From positions 1,935-65,934 of the forward strand of contig JAAVHF010000050.1 in NCBI GenBank assembly GCA_014799845.1: 64,000 nt of DNA, written 5' to 3'. The DNA is from Oscillibacter sp. (GTDB lineage: Bacteria; Bacillota; Clostridia; Oscillospirales; Oscillospiraceae). The notes below the pieces were generated by a model that was not told the DNA's origin, ran no database searches, and saw only the letters and a program-made list of their open reading frames with translations. Position numbers and translations under genes: made by a program. Each line of letters begins with the position of its first letter. The first letter of the stretch is position 1. Shown piece after piece: positions 8,888-17,460 of the stretch.

Positions 8888-9699
8888 GGATCACCGATCC
8901 AGAAGAATTTGCCCGCGCAGTTCGGATGCACGTGGCCGGAACATTATCCCGTACCCGGGATTCTCACATCGGCGGCGGTTATTCTGCGGCAGACATCCTG
9001 GCCGTGCTGTATACCAGAATACTGGGCCTGACGCCGGATAATCTGAATGACCCAAACAGGAACGTCTTTCTCCTGAGTAAAGGCCACATAGCCGCCACAT
9101 TCTATACTGCCCTGGCTTATGCCGGATTGATCCCTATGGAGGATTTGGCGCTGCATGTGGTGGACGGCGAAAACTACGCGGGGCATACCCGCCGGTTTGT
9201 TGTGCCCGGAGTGGAAATGTCCGCCGGCTCTCTTGGACATGGGGCAAATTTAGGGACCGGGATTGCTTACGCCAAGAAGCTCCAGAGCCTGGACGGCCGG
9301 GTTTTTGTACTGATGGGGGATGGCGAATGCAACGAGGGAAGCGTCTGGGAAGCGGCTATGTTTGCATCGCGTTTTTCCCTCAACAACCTGATTCTGATCG
9401 TTGATCGGAACCGTTTACAGTCCTATGGAAGCGATGAGCAGGTATTGAACATGGGTGACATGGCGGAAAAATTCCGCGCCTTCGGCTGCCGTACGGTCGA
9501 GGTGGACGGTCACGACTATACCGCGCTGGAAAACCTGTTTTCTCAGATCGGCTTGGACGGCGATTCCAGGCCGACCGCAGTGATTGCCCATACGATAAAG
9601 GGCAAGGGTGTGTCTTTTATGGAAAACCGGCTGGAATGGCACTTCAAATCCCCGAACGAGGAGCAGCTGGCCCAGGCACTGGAGGAATTGAGCCGATGA
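8884..9699 (+). CDS. transketolase, N-terminal (ThDP pyrophosphate-binding) subunit
   Basis: Motifs: HIGGGYSAADILAVLY, LSKGH, GSLGHG, GDGECNEGSVWEA. ATG 8884 overlaps the stop of the previous gene (ATGA). Confidence 0.8.
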   Translation: MRITDPEEFARAVRMHVAGTLSRTRDSHIGGGYSAADILAVLYTRILGLTPDNLNDPNRNVFLLSKGHIAATFYTALAYAGLIPMEDLALHVVDGENYAGHTRRFVVPGVEMSAGSLGHGANLGTGIAYAKKLQSLDGRVFVLMGDGECNEGSVWEAAMFASRFSLNNLILIVDRNRLQSYGSDEQVLNMGDMAEKFRAFGCRTVEVDGHDYTALENLFSQIGLDGDSRPTAVIAHTIKGKGVSFMENRLEWHFKSPNEEQLAQALEELSR

Positions 9700-10625
9700 G
9701 AGGTACGTTTATTCAGACAGTCTCCCGTCTGGCCAGAGAGGACCCGAAGGTCATGCTGGTCATTGGGGATACGGGCTTTTCCGTCATGGAGCCCTTTGAG
9801 GCGGAATTTGGTCCGCGTTTTATCAATGCAGGCATCGCGGAACAGAGCTTTATTTCCTTTTCCGCCGGGCTGGCCGCAATGGGATTAAGGCCATTTGCTT
9901 ACAACGTGGTGTCGTTCATGACACTGCGCAGCGCGGAACAGATCCTGCTGGATATCTGTTACCAGGAGAATCCTGTCATACTGGTAGGCGTCGGAGGCGG
10001 TTTTGCCTATGGACCGGCAGGACCGACGCATCACTCTCTGCAGGATATCGCGATGATGCGGGCATTCCCCAATATGGATGTGTATTGTCCCGCTGATCCG
10101 GCTGAAATGGAAGCCGTTATGTTGACCGCGTACCACAGGGAGCGCCCGGCGTACATCCGCATAGGACGGAGCGTAGATGCGCCAATCCATGCGCGGGCGC
10201 TGCGTCCTCCGGTGGAACGGGCAATTGCCTTATCTCAGGGAGAAGATATCGCGATCCTGGCTTGTGGTACGATTCTGCGTGAAGCGGTGGAAGCATGTGC
10301 GCTTCTGAAACAGAAGGGATGCTCGGTTACGCTTTACAGCGTCCCCTGTGTGCAGCCTTTGGATGATGAGACAATTCTGGCATGCGCGGACAGACACAAA
10401 GCCGTTTTCACGATGGAGGAGCACGGGATTACCGGCGGACTGGGAAGCGCTGTGGCAGAGCTGCTGATGGAGCAGGGACACAAACGGCCCGTATTTCACC
10501 GGTATGGCATTCCGGATTCTTTTGCGATGGTGACAGGGGCCAGAGATTATCAGCTCAGGTACTTTGGCCTGTCTCCGGAACAGGTGGCAGAGGATATGTG
10601 GAAACGGTGGAAGGGTACTGTATGA
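9696..10625 (+). CDS. transketolase, C-terminal (pyrimidine-binding) subunit
   Basis: Motifs: FINAGIAEQ, GPTHH, and a typical C-terminal domain. ATG 9696 (MRGTF) overlaps the stop of the N-terminal subunit (ATGA). Confidence 0.8.
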   Translation: MRGTFIQTVSRLAREDPKVMLVIGDTGFSVMEPFEAEFGPRFINAGIAEQSFISFSAGLAAMGLRPFAYNVVSFMTLRSAEQILLDICYQENPVILVGVGGGFAYGPAGPTHHSLQDIAMMRAFPNMDVYCPADPAEMEAVMLTAYHRERPAYIRIGRSVDAPIHARALRPPVERAIALSQGEDIAILACGTILREAVEACALLKQKGCSVTLYSVPCVQPLDDETILACADRHKAVFTMEEHGITGGLGSAVAELLMEQGHKRPVFHRYGIPDSFAMVTGARDYQLRYFGLSPEQVAEDMWKRWKGTV

Positions 10626-11815
10626 ATGATATGATCGGCAACATTTTTACCCGTTTTGAGCAGGAACGGCCTCGGCTGGAACAGACGGTAGAGGAACTGA
10701 AGGAAGCGCTGCGCCGCTATGACGGCGTAGTCCTCTATGGAGCCGGGAGCAGCGGGATCGCACTGCTGCTTGCATTGCGGCGGGCCGGCATTCAGCCCCT
10801 TTGCTTTGCAGACGGTGCGCCGGAAAAATGGGGAACGGCCTGCATGGGTCTGGAGGTCGTGCCGCCGCGGGAACTGACGCAGAGATATGGCGGCAATATA
10901 CTGGTACTTGTCTGCATCAATACGGACGGGCAGACGTATTGCCGCAGCTTTGATGAGGCTCTGCGGCAGGGCGGCCACAGCGGCGTTCATCAGCGGCTGC
11001 GCGATTGCGGGTGCCGGCATGTTGTTGACTATATTGCCCTGCGCCGCTGTTTCCAGCTGTTTCGCGGGGATAATACGGGCAATCTTCCATCCTGCCCGGA
11101 CATCGAGTGCCTCCTGGCCCATCAGGAAAATATCCGTCAGGTTTACGATCAGCTGGCAGACAGTCTGTCCAAAGAGATTTACGCGAATATTCTGACCTTC
11201 CGGCTGTTTGGAGAAGGTCCGGAAATCCCGACCCTGCCGCAGGAAGAAAAATATTTCCCGTCGGAGCTGGTTCAACTCTCACCCAATGAAGTGTTTGTGG
11301 ATTGCGGCGCATTTGACGGACAGACATTTCGTGACTTGCTGGCGCAGACCGGCGGGTGTATCGAATCTTACTATGCGCTGGAGCCGGACGCGGCCAATTT
11401 CAAGCGACTGGAGCAGTTTGCGGCTCAGCTTCCACCAGAAATGCGGGAGAGAATGACCTTGCTGCCCTGCGCGGCATGGAGCGAAGAGACAACGGTTCCG
11501 CTGTATGCGCTGCATGGACCGGGGAGTTTTGCGGCTCCCTATGGCACGGCAAATGTGAGGGCTGCTACGATCGACAGCATCCTGAACGGACGCCGGGCTA
11601 CGGCAATCAAGATGAATATTGAAGGTTCTGAGCTGGAGGCACTGAAAGGTGCGCGGTCAACAATTCGGCAATGGCATCCGAAGCTGATGGTTGCCGGGTA
11701 CCATAAGACCTGGGACTTTTGGGAAGTGCCGGAGCTGATGATGCGGGCGGGGTATACCGTCTGCTTGCGGTCTTATATGCATCATCTGTCGTTTGTGTTT
11801 TATGGAATGGTGTGA
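10622..11815 (+). CDS. FkbM-family SAM-dependent methyltransferase with an N-terminal Rossmann-like extension
   Basis: The FkbM motifs VFVDCGAFDGQT and IKMNIEGSELEALKGA are present. The start ATG 10622 overlaps the previous stop. Confidence 0.7.
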   Translation: MNDMIGNIFTRFEQERPRLEQTVEELKEALRRYDGVVLYGAGSSGIALLLALRRAGIQPLCFADGAPEKWGTACMGLEVVPPRELTQRYGGNILVLVCINTDGQTYCRSFDEALRQGGHSGVHQRLRDCGCRHVVDYIALRRCFQLFRGDNTGNLPSCPDIECLLAHQENIRQVYDQLADSLSKEIYANILTFRLFGEGPEIPTLPQEEKYFPSELVQLSPNEVFVDCGAFDGQTFRDLLAQTGGCIESYYALEPDAANFKRLEQFAAQLPPEMRERMTLLPCAAWSEETTVPLYALHGPGSFAAPYGTANVRAATIDSILNGRRATAIKMNIEGSELEALKGARSTIRQWHPKLMVAGYHKTWDFWEVPELMMRAGYTVCLRSYMHHLSFVFYGMV

Positions 11816-11832
11816 GGCAGAAAGGATATATT

Positions 11833-12903
11833 ATGCTGATTAACATTAACGGGATTGATGCCAGAAATATGACGCGGTTATCTGCTATGCAGTATTCGCA
11901 GCCGAACAATGCCAGTTTTCAGAATTTTCCCGCTTTGATTCTGGATCGCTACAGTGGTATCACAGGCCTGACGATTTGGGCAAGAGCAGGAGAGGAGAAT
12001 GGTTTGGATGAAGGCTGCTACGAGGTATATGTCGGAGCATTTTGTCCGATTTCAAATCAGGTCCTGTTTCTGGTCGATGTCAATCACGATTATGAATCGA
12101 TATCCATGTCCGGACAGATTCCGGATTTGATTCCCGTTTCCTTTAGAAAGCAGCGCAAGGGGTCCATTATCATTCAGAATGATGTTTGGATCGGATACGG
12201 CGTCACAATTATGAGCGGCGTCACAATACACAATGGCGCTGTCATAGCCTCAAATTCTACGGTGACGAAGGATGTCCCGCCATACGCTATTGTAGCCGGG
12301 AGTCCTGCAAGGATTATCAAATATCGTTTCGAGCCGGAAATTATCGAGGGGCTGCAGCAGATTCAGTGGTGGTACTGGGATGAAGCAACCATCAAAAAGC
12401 GCAGTTCCTGGTTTCAGCGGTCACCGGCAGAGTTTGTAGAGAGATTCGGCGCGTCCGCAGGGGGAGGGCATATATCTTCCGCTCACAGACTGCTGGATGA
12501 GCAGCTTAACAACATTCCTCGTGAAAATTTGTACCTGGTATTTTCGGATATGGATAGTCCTTACAGTGTTCTTCGGAAAATCATTAAGAGTTTCTCTGAA
12601 ACACATACGGAAAATGATTGTCTCGTTGTTTCTATCGAAAATAACACAAGGGCAATAGAGCAAATGCAGGCAATTTATGAATTCGCAGAAGGTATAGACA
12701 CTGAATGCAGTCTGTATGTCCGCAGCACAGACAGCCGGGATATCCCGGCTCTGATTGCCACATGCGGGACATTGGTTACCAGCAGGGTTCTGGAGCTGGT
12801 CAGGTACACATGTGCAGCGGACCTCGCTGGGACGCGAGTTGTCTCTGGTGTGGATTATCCGATTTTTCAGAAGCATGGTGCAGAATTGATAACAGGACAG
12901 TGA
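11833..12903 (+). CDS. second XAT-class hexapeptide acyltransferase with a C-terminal extension (paralog of 3714-4745)
   Basis: Motifs: VNHDYESI and IIQNDVWIGYGVTIMSGVTIHNGAVIASNSTVTKDVPPYAIVAGSPARIIKYRF..WWYWD. ATG 11833 has an upstream AAAGGA. The region is visibly AT-richer than its flanks. Confidence 0.7.
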   Translation: MLININGIDARNMTRLSAMQYSQPNNASFQNFPALILDRYSGITGLTIWARAGEENGLDEGCYEVYVGAFCPISNQVLFLVDVNHDYESISMSGQIPDLIPVSFRKQRKGSIIIQNDVWIGYGVTIMSGVTIHNGAVIASNSTVTKDVPPYAIVAGSPARIIKYRFEPEIIEGLQQIQWWYWDEATIKKRSSWFQRSPAEFVERFGASAGGGHISSAHRLLDEQLNNIPRENLYLVFSDMDSPYSVLRKIIKSFSETHTENDCLVVSIENNTRAIEQMQAIYEFAEGIDTECSLYVRSTDSRDIPALIATCGTLVTSRVLELVRYTCAADLAGTRVVSGVDYPIFQKHGAELITGQ

Positions 12904-12910
12904 GAGGAAA

Positions 12911-13095
12911 ATGAATCCCATATTGGAGTCGGATTTTAAAAATTGCTTAGGCCATGGGAAGAGCTGAAGGACAAGCGCCTGTTAGGATATTCAATTGATG
13001 TCGCAGAAAAACTGGTGAAGGAAAATTTTTTGGAACAATTCCAATTACGGCGTCATTATATCCGGACAAAGCTGTTTCACAGATTAAGATACTGA
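12911..13095 (+). pseudogene. internally deleted, frameshifted remnant of an SDR epimerase/reductase gene (paralog of 14438-15448)
   Basis: MNPILESDFK... then, in another frame, ..PWEELKDKRLLG parallels MNPVLDLDFK...LPWSELKGTKILLTG of the intact gene at 14438. A short stretch (YSIDVAEKLVKE) resembles the C-terminal YTILELAQKIAG region. The reading frame is broken by stops. Confidence 0.45.
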
Positions 13096-13146
13096 ACAGG
13101 CTCTAAAAAGTGGGGTTGGCGTACAAGTATATAAAAATGTAATGAT

Positions 13147-13233
13147 GCTGACGATGCGGGCGGAATATATCGTCTGCCTGCGGTCTTATATGCGCCATCT
13201 GTCGTTTTTGCTTTATGGGATGGTGCGGTGTAA
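13147..13233 (+). pseudogene. orphan duplicate of the last ~85 nt of the FkbM methyltransferase gene (compare 11733-11815)
   Basis: gctgacgatgcgggcggaatatatcgtctgcctgcggtcttatatgcgccatctgtcgtttttgctttatgggatggtg closely matches gctgatgatgcgggcggggtataccgtctgcttgcggtcttatatgcatcatctgtcgtttgtgttttatggaatggtg. There is no upstream coding body. Confidence 0.6.
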
Positions 13234-13268
13234 TGGAATAATCTTCAAGAAGGGAAGAAAATGCAGTT

Positions 13269-14441
13269 ATGTCTACTGTCTTAGAGCTGTTAGCTGAAAT
13301 TTCGAAGGAACAGTCGGCGCGCTCAGAAAAAAAGCTTGTTCTGGAGAAAAAGTTTGAGGCTTACGGTAAGGAGATTGTTATATATGGTCATGGAAATTTA
13401 GGCTGTGAATTGTGTAAAGGGCTGGAGAACGCAAACTGGACTGTTCAATATTTCCTCGATGCCAATCAGCCGACAGATTTAAATAGAAAAAATGTGAACC
13501 TGAAGGACGCGGCTAAATATCTGACCCCGGACGCGTTGATTATAGTAGCAATCTATAATGTTTATTTGGAATATTCATCTATACAACGTCAGCTGCAATC
13601 CATGGGATTCCAAAATATTCTCAGCGTCCTTGATTTGCGCGTGTGGCCCGAGCTGTTTCAGACAGGGCATATTCATGGCACGCTCAGCTGGGATATTTCC
13701 CATATCCCGGCTGAACCGGTATGTGAGGCGTACTCTCTCATGGAGGACTCCCTCTCTCAAAAGACATTTTTAGAATTGCTTCGGTTTTTTATTTCTGACA
13801 ATGAGCCAACGCTCACTCTTTGTCCGGCAGAAATGCAGTACATGCCAGCATTGACATACCTGCCTATAGCGGAGGAACGCATTATTGATTGCGGCGCATA
13901 TAATGGAGACACTATGCGGGCTTTCTACTCGGAAACAGCAAACTGGAGTTCATACATTGCGATAGAACCGGATCCGCAGAACATGGAGAAATTGGCGGCA
14001 TCCATTCAAGCAGACTTGCCCGAAGCTCTTGCAAAGCGGACAAAAACAATTTGCGCGGCAGTATCTGATGTGTCCGGCAGCATCACCTTTTGTACAAAGG
14101 GGAACGCCGCCAGTCATATAACAGAAGAAGCGGTTGATCAAATCTCACGTGTCCCGGTTATAAGCCTGGATGAGGTCATTCAGGAACCTGTGTCACTGAT
14201 TAAGATGGATATAGAAGGCTTTGAACTCCGCGCCTTGCAAGGCGCGGAGAGGCTGATTCGCGCGAATCAGCCTCTCCTGGCGATTTGTGGTTACCACCGG
14301 CAGTCGGATCTCTGGGAGATTCCATTATATATGAAAAAAGTTTTGCCGAACCATCGCATTTACCTGCGGAACTATATTGGGATTATTGAGTATGTCTTTT
14401 ATGCTGTTCCGGAAAATCGTGTTATAAGTGAGAAACAATGA
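13269..14441 (+). CDS. FkbM-family methyltransferase (second copy, divergent)
   Basis: Motifs: IIDCGAYNGDT and IKMDIEGFELRALQGA. It has the same two-domain layout as 10622-11815. The region is AT-richer. Confidence 0.7.
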   Translation: MSTVLELLAEISKEQSARSEKKLVLEKKFEAYGKEIVIYGHGNLGCELCKGLENANWTVQYFLDANQPTDLNRKNVNLKDAAKYLTPDALIIVAIYNVYLEYSSIQRQLQSMGFQNILSVLDLRVWPELFQTGHIHGTLSWDISHIPAEPVCEAYSLMEDSLSQKTFLELLRFFISDNEPTLTLCPAEMQYMPALTYLPIAEERIIDCGAYNGDTMRAFYSETANWSSYIAIEPDPQNMEKLAASIQADLPEALAKRTKTICAAVSDVSGSITFCTKGNAASHITEEAVDQISRVPVISLDEVIQEPVSLIKMDIEGFELRALQGAERLIRANQPLLAICGYHRQSDLWEIPLYMKKVLPNHRIYLRNYIGIIEYVFYAVPENRVISEKQ

Positions 14442-15448
14442 ATCCTGTACTCGACTTAGATTTTAAAGAAATCGAACAGCTGCCCCTTCCATGGAGTGAA
14501 TTGAAAGGGACTAAAATTCTACTTACTGGCGCTACAGGTTTTATTTGCAAATACCTTGTTGAGATGCTCGCCAGGGTAAGTATTGAGAAAAATCTTGAAA
14601 TGGAGTTTTGGCTTTTCCGACGGCGCGGCGCACCAGAAAGTCTGCAATGTTCAAACGTACACTGGATTGCGGGAGATATTACGGAAGCGTTTCTGCCTGA
14701 GGATTTCAGGCCCAATATAATTATCCATGCTGCCAGTCCCGCTAATACAAAAGCACATATTTGCGATCCCGTCGGCCTGTCGCAAACAAATATTTTAGCT
14801 ACGCGTTACTTGCTGGAGTGCGCCCGGAAACATGGAGCCACCTTTGTCTATTTTAGCAGCGCCGCGGTTTACTTGAATCAGTCCGGAACCTTCTCGGAAG
14901 TAAGCCCGGGTGAACTAGTAAAAAGCAATGCAACATTCTCGCTGTACGGGGCAAGCAAGCTGGCGGGTGAACTGCTCTGCGAAGATTATCGCCGGAATTT
15001 TGGCGTGGATTGCCGTATTATTCGTCCATTTAGTATTCATGGTCCAGGTGAATCTCTAGACAGTGGGCGTTATTTTCCAGATTTTCTTCGTCAAGCTCTA
15101 AGGGATAAAGAGATTACCGTAACAGGAACAGGAACCCCAGTGAGGGATTCCTGCTATCTTATGGATTTTGTAAGTGGATTGCTATATGTTTTGCTAAAGG
15201 GTAATAGCACGGCTTACAATATCGGAAACGAAGACAATGTCTACACAATTTTGGAACTAGCCCAGAAGATTGCGGGACAAAGCGGAAGTTTAAACGTTAT
15301 TGGGCCATTGTCCTTAACAGATCATACATCTGGCGACTTTTTTGTTTCAGATACCGCAAAGCTGCGGCAATTGGGTTGGAAACCACAGGTAGATCTGCCG
15401 GCCTGTATCCAACGGTGCCTGGACAGCTACCGTTATGCTGGTTCGTGA
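14438..15448 (+). CDS. NAD(P)-dependent extended SDR (sugar epimerase / 4-ketoreductase type)
   Basis: Motifs: LLTGATGFICKYLV (GxxGxxG) and YGASKLAGE (YxxxK). It is ATGA-coupled to the upstream gene. Confidence 0.75.
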   Translation: MNPVLDLDFKEIEQLPLPWSELKGTKILLTGATGFICKYLVEMLARVSIEKNLEMEFWLFRRRGAPESLQCSNVHWIAGDITEAFLPEDFRPNIIIHAASPANTKAHICDPVGLSQTNILATRYLLECARKHGATFVYFSSAAVYLNQSGTFSEVSPGELVKSNATFSLYGASKLAGELLCEDYRRNFGVDCRIIRPFSIHGPGESLDSGRYFPDFLRQALRDKEITVTGTGTPVRDSCYLMDFVSGLLYVLLKGNSTAYNIGNEDNVYTILELAQKIAGQSGSLNVIGPLSLTDHTSGDFFVSDTAKLRQLGWKPQVDLPACIQRCLDSYRYAGS

Positions 15449-15533
15449 ACGAGATGGATGCCAGAAATGTGATGCGGCAGCCATTAAACAGTGAATATGC
15501 TGAAAAACCCTTGGTGTTAGGAGGTATAGTCTG

Positions 15534-16664
15534 ATGGTAAACCAGAGAAAAAAGATTCCCCTTGCAGGGCCATTTATTACGCAAAAAGAAATCGACTATG
15601 TGCATGACGCCGTTGTAACCGGCTGGTATGAAACCTATGACAAACACATCCGTCAATTGGAGCAGGCTTTTGCGGACTATGTAGGCGCGAAGTACGCCAT
15701 TGCAACATACTGTGGAACCCATGCGCTTCATTTGGCGGCGTTAGCCTTACAATTAGGTCCGGAAGATGAAGTTATTGTCGCAGATCAGAGCTATATCGCT
15801 ACGGCACACGCCTTATCCTACGCAGGCGCAAAATGCGTATTTGCGGATGTTCTGCCAGATACTCTCTGCATTGACCCCCGGCAAATTGAAGCGCTGGTTA
15901 CACCAAAGACAAAAGCCATCATGGTAGTCCATTTCGGCGGTTTTACCTGCGACATGGATGCAGTTATGAATATTGCTAGAAAACACCGGCTGGCGGTTAT
16001 TGAAGACGCATGCCAGGCAGTGGGAACATTTTACCGGGGAATGCACGCGGGAACTATTGGCGATATTGGTACATTCAGTTTCCAGGGGGCTAAAATCGCT
16101 GTAGGCGGTGAGGGCGGTATGCTCGTCACCAACAGCGAGGAACTGTATCAGCGAGCCAAACACTATGGAACCTTTTGCAGAAATGATGCGATCCAGTATC
16201 TCTGGTCAGACGATATTGGTTACAACTACCGCATATCCAACATCACAGCTGCTTTGATTCTGGCACAAATCGAACGAATAGATGAATTGGTGGCAAATAA
16301 GAAACGCATTTTTGAAAGCTATAAGAAAAAACTTGCGAACAATCCGTATTTTGAAATGCTGCTTCCCCCTGTAGATTGCCGGCCAAACTACGGTTATGTG
16401 CTGGGATATTTGCGGGATGAGGTGAATATAGACCGCGATGCTTTTGTAAAGAGGATGCTGGATCTGAACATCCACTTCCGCCCAGGCTATCCCGCCATGC
16501 ACCGAATGCCGCCGTACGGGCAGACGCACGCGCTGCCAAACTCAGACCGCTATGACAGACGGGGCCTTGTTTTGCCAACCGCGCACTCTTTGACAGAAGA
16601 AGATATCGCCGTTGTCTGTGATACGCTCAATCGGTCAATCGAAATTTTAATGGAGGGCAAGTAA
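15534..16664 (+). CDS. DegT/DnrJ/EryC1/StrS-family PLP-dependent sugar aminotransferase
   Basis: Family layout: KEIDYV.DAV.TGW, GTHALHLA, and FSFQGAKIAVGGEGGML with the Schiff-base Lys retained. That Lys argues against an E1/ColD-type dehydrase. Confidence 0.85.
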   Translation: MVNQRKKIPLAGPFITQKEIDYVHDAVVTGWYETYDKHIRQLEQAFADYVGAKYAIATYCGTHALHLAALALQLGPEDEVIVADQSYIATAHALSYAGAKCVFADVLPDTLCIDPRQIEALVTPKTKAIMVVHFGGFTCDMDAVMNIARKHRLAVIEDACQAVGTFYRGMHAGTIGDIGTFSFQGAKIAVGGEGGMLVTNSEELYQRAKHYGTFCRNDAIQYLWSDDIGYNYRISNITAALILAQIERIDELVANKKRIFESYKKKLANNPYFEMLLPPVDCRPNYGYVLGYLRDEVNIDRDAFVKRMLDLNIHFRPGYPAMHRMPPYGQTHALPNSDRYDRRGLVLPTAHSLTEEDIAVVCDTLNRSIEILMEGK

Positions 16665-16665
16665 C

Positions 16666-17448
16666 ATGAGCAATCGCTTTGCCGCATTCCTTGCCGGTGA
16701 ACTCGGTATATCTGTACTGGAATTGTTTTATAAAGAAAAAGAGGCATTGCGCCTTGCAGTTCTGGACGAGGCAGACTTTCATGGCCAAAATGGCGAAATG
16801 TTACGGATGCTGGATGACTTTCCGGAAACAAAGATCATCTATTGGAAGGAATTAAAAGAGCAGGAGGGCCTTGCGGCATTTGCAAGTATGTCCATAGATT
16901 TAGGAATACTTGTCTCATGGGGCCATAAGATTGAAAGCCCACTGCTTCATTTGACGAAATATGGATATTTAAACGGGCATCCAAGCTTTTTGCCCTACTG
17001 TAAAGGCAAGCATCCCCATTTCTGGTGTATCCAGGATGCTACACCCTGTGGCGGCACGCTTCATCTGATTGATGAAAATCTTGATACCGGTCCGATTGCC
17101 TGGCAAAAAGAAGTTCAGACTGATTGGACTGATACGGGATCAAGCCTATATGACAAGTCATGGAAGGCCGTTCACGACCTGTTCGTGGAAAATTGGGACG
17201 CTATCTTGGCGCTCAAGATTCCAAGCCACCAGAGCAGCGGCCTGGGTAAGTACCATTTTGCATATGAATTAGGGGAATTTACGCGCATAAATCTGGAAGA
17301 AAAATATACCGCCCGTGAATTACTGAATCTCATCCGCGGCAGAACGTTTTATCCGCATCCCGCAGCGTACTTTTCCGATGAAAACGGCACGTATGAAGTC
17401 AGAGTTACCATCACAAAGAAGAATGATGATACGCCAAATCTCACATAA
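16666..17448 (+). CDS. formyltransferase-fold protein (candidate sugar N-formyltransferase)
   Basis: LNGHPSFLPYCKGKHP (the Asn/His of the formyl-transfer motif) and LHLIDENLDTGPI (the catalytic Asp region) are present. It lies 2 nt after the aminotransferase. Confidence 0.6.
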   Translation: MSNRFAAFLAGELGISVLELFYKEKEALRLAVLDEADFHGQNGEMLRMLDDFPETKIIYWKELKEQEGLAAFASMSIDLGILVSWGHKIESPLLHLTKYGYLNGHPSFLPYCKGKHPHFWCIQDATPCGGTLHLIDENLDTGPIAWQKEVQTDWTDTGSSLYDKSWKAVHDLFVENWDAILALKIPSHQSSGLGKYHFAYELGEFTRINLEEKYTARELLNLIRGRTFYPHPAAYFSDENGTYEVRVTITKKNDDTPNLT

Positions 17449-17460
17449 AAGGATCGTACT

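Noticed and set aside
8884-10625. The transketolase pair as ordinary pentose-phosphate housekeeping genes that happen to sit here.
   Set aside because: This is not fully rejected. The 4-nt overlaps with sugar-tailoring genes on both sides argue for operon membership. It is kept as a finding with an explicit refutation test.
12911-12966. The short ORF MNPILESDFKNCLGHGKS as a real small gene.
   Set aside because: It is the 5' end of a decayed epimerase paralog. The similarity to the intact gene at 14438 continues in a different frame.
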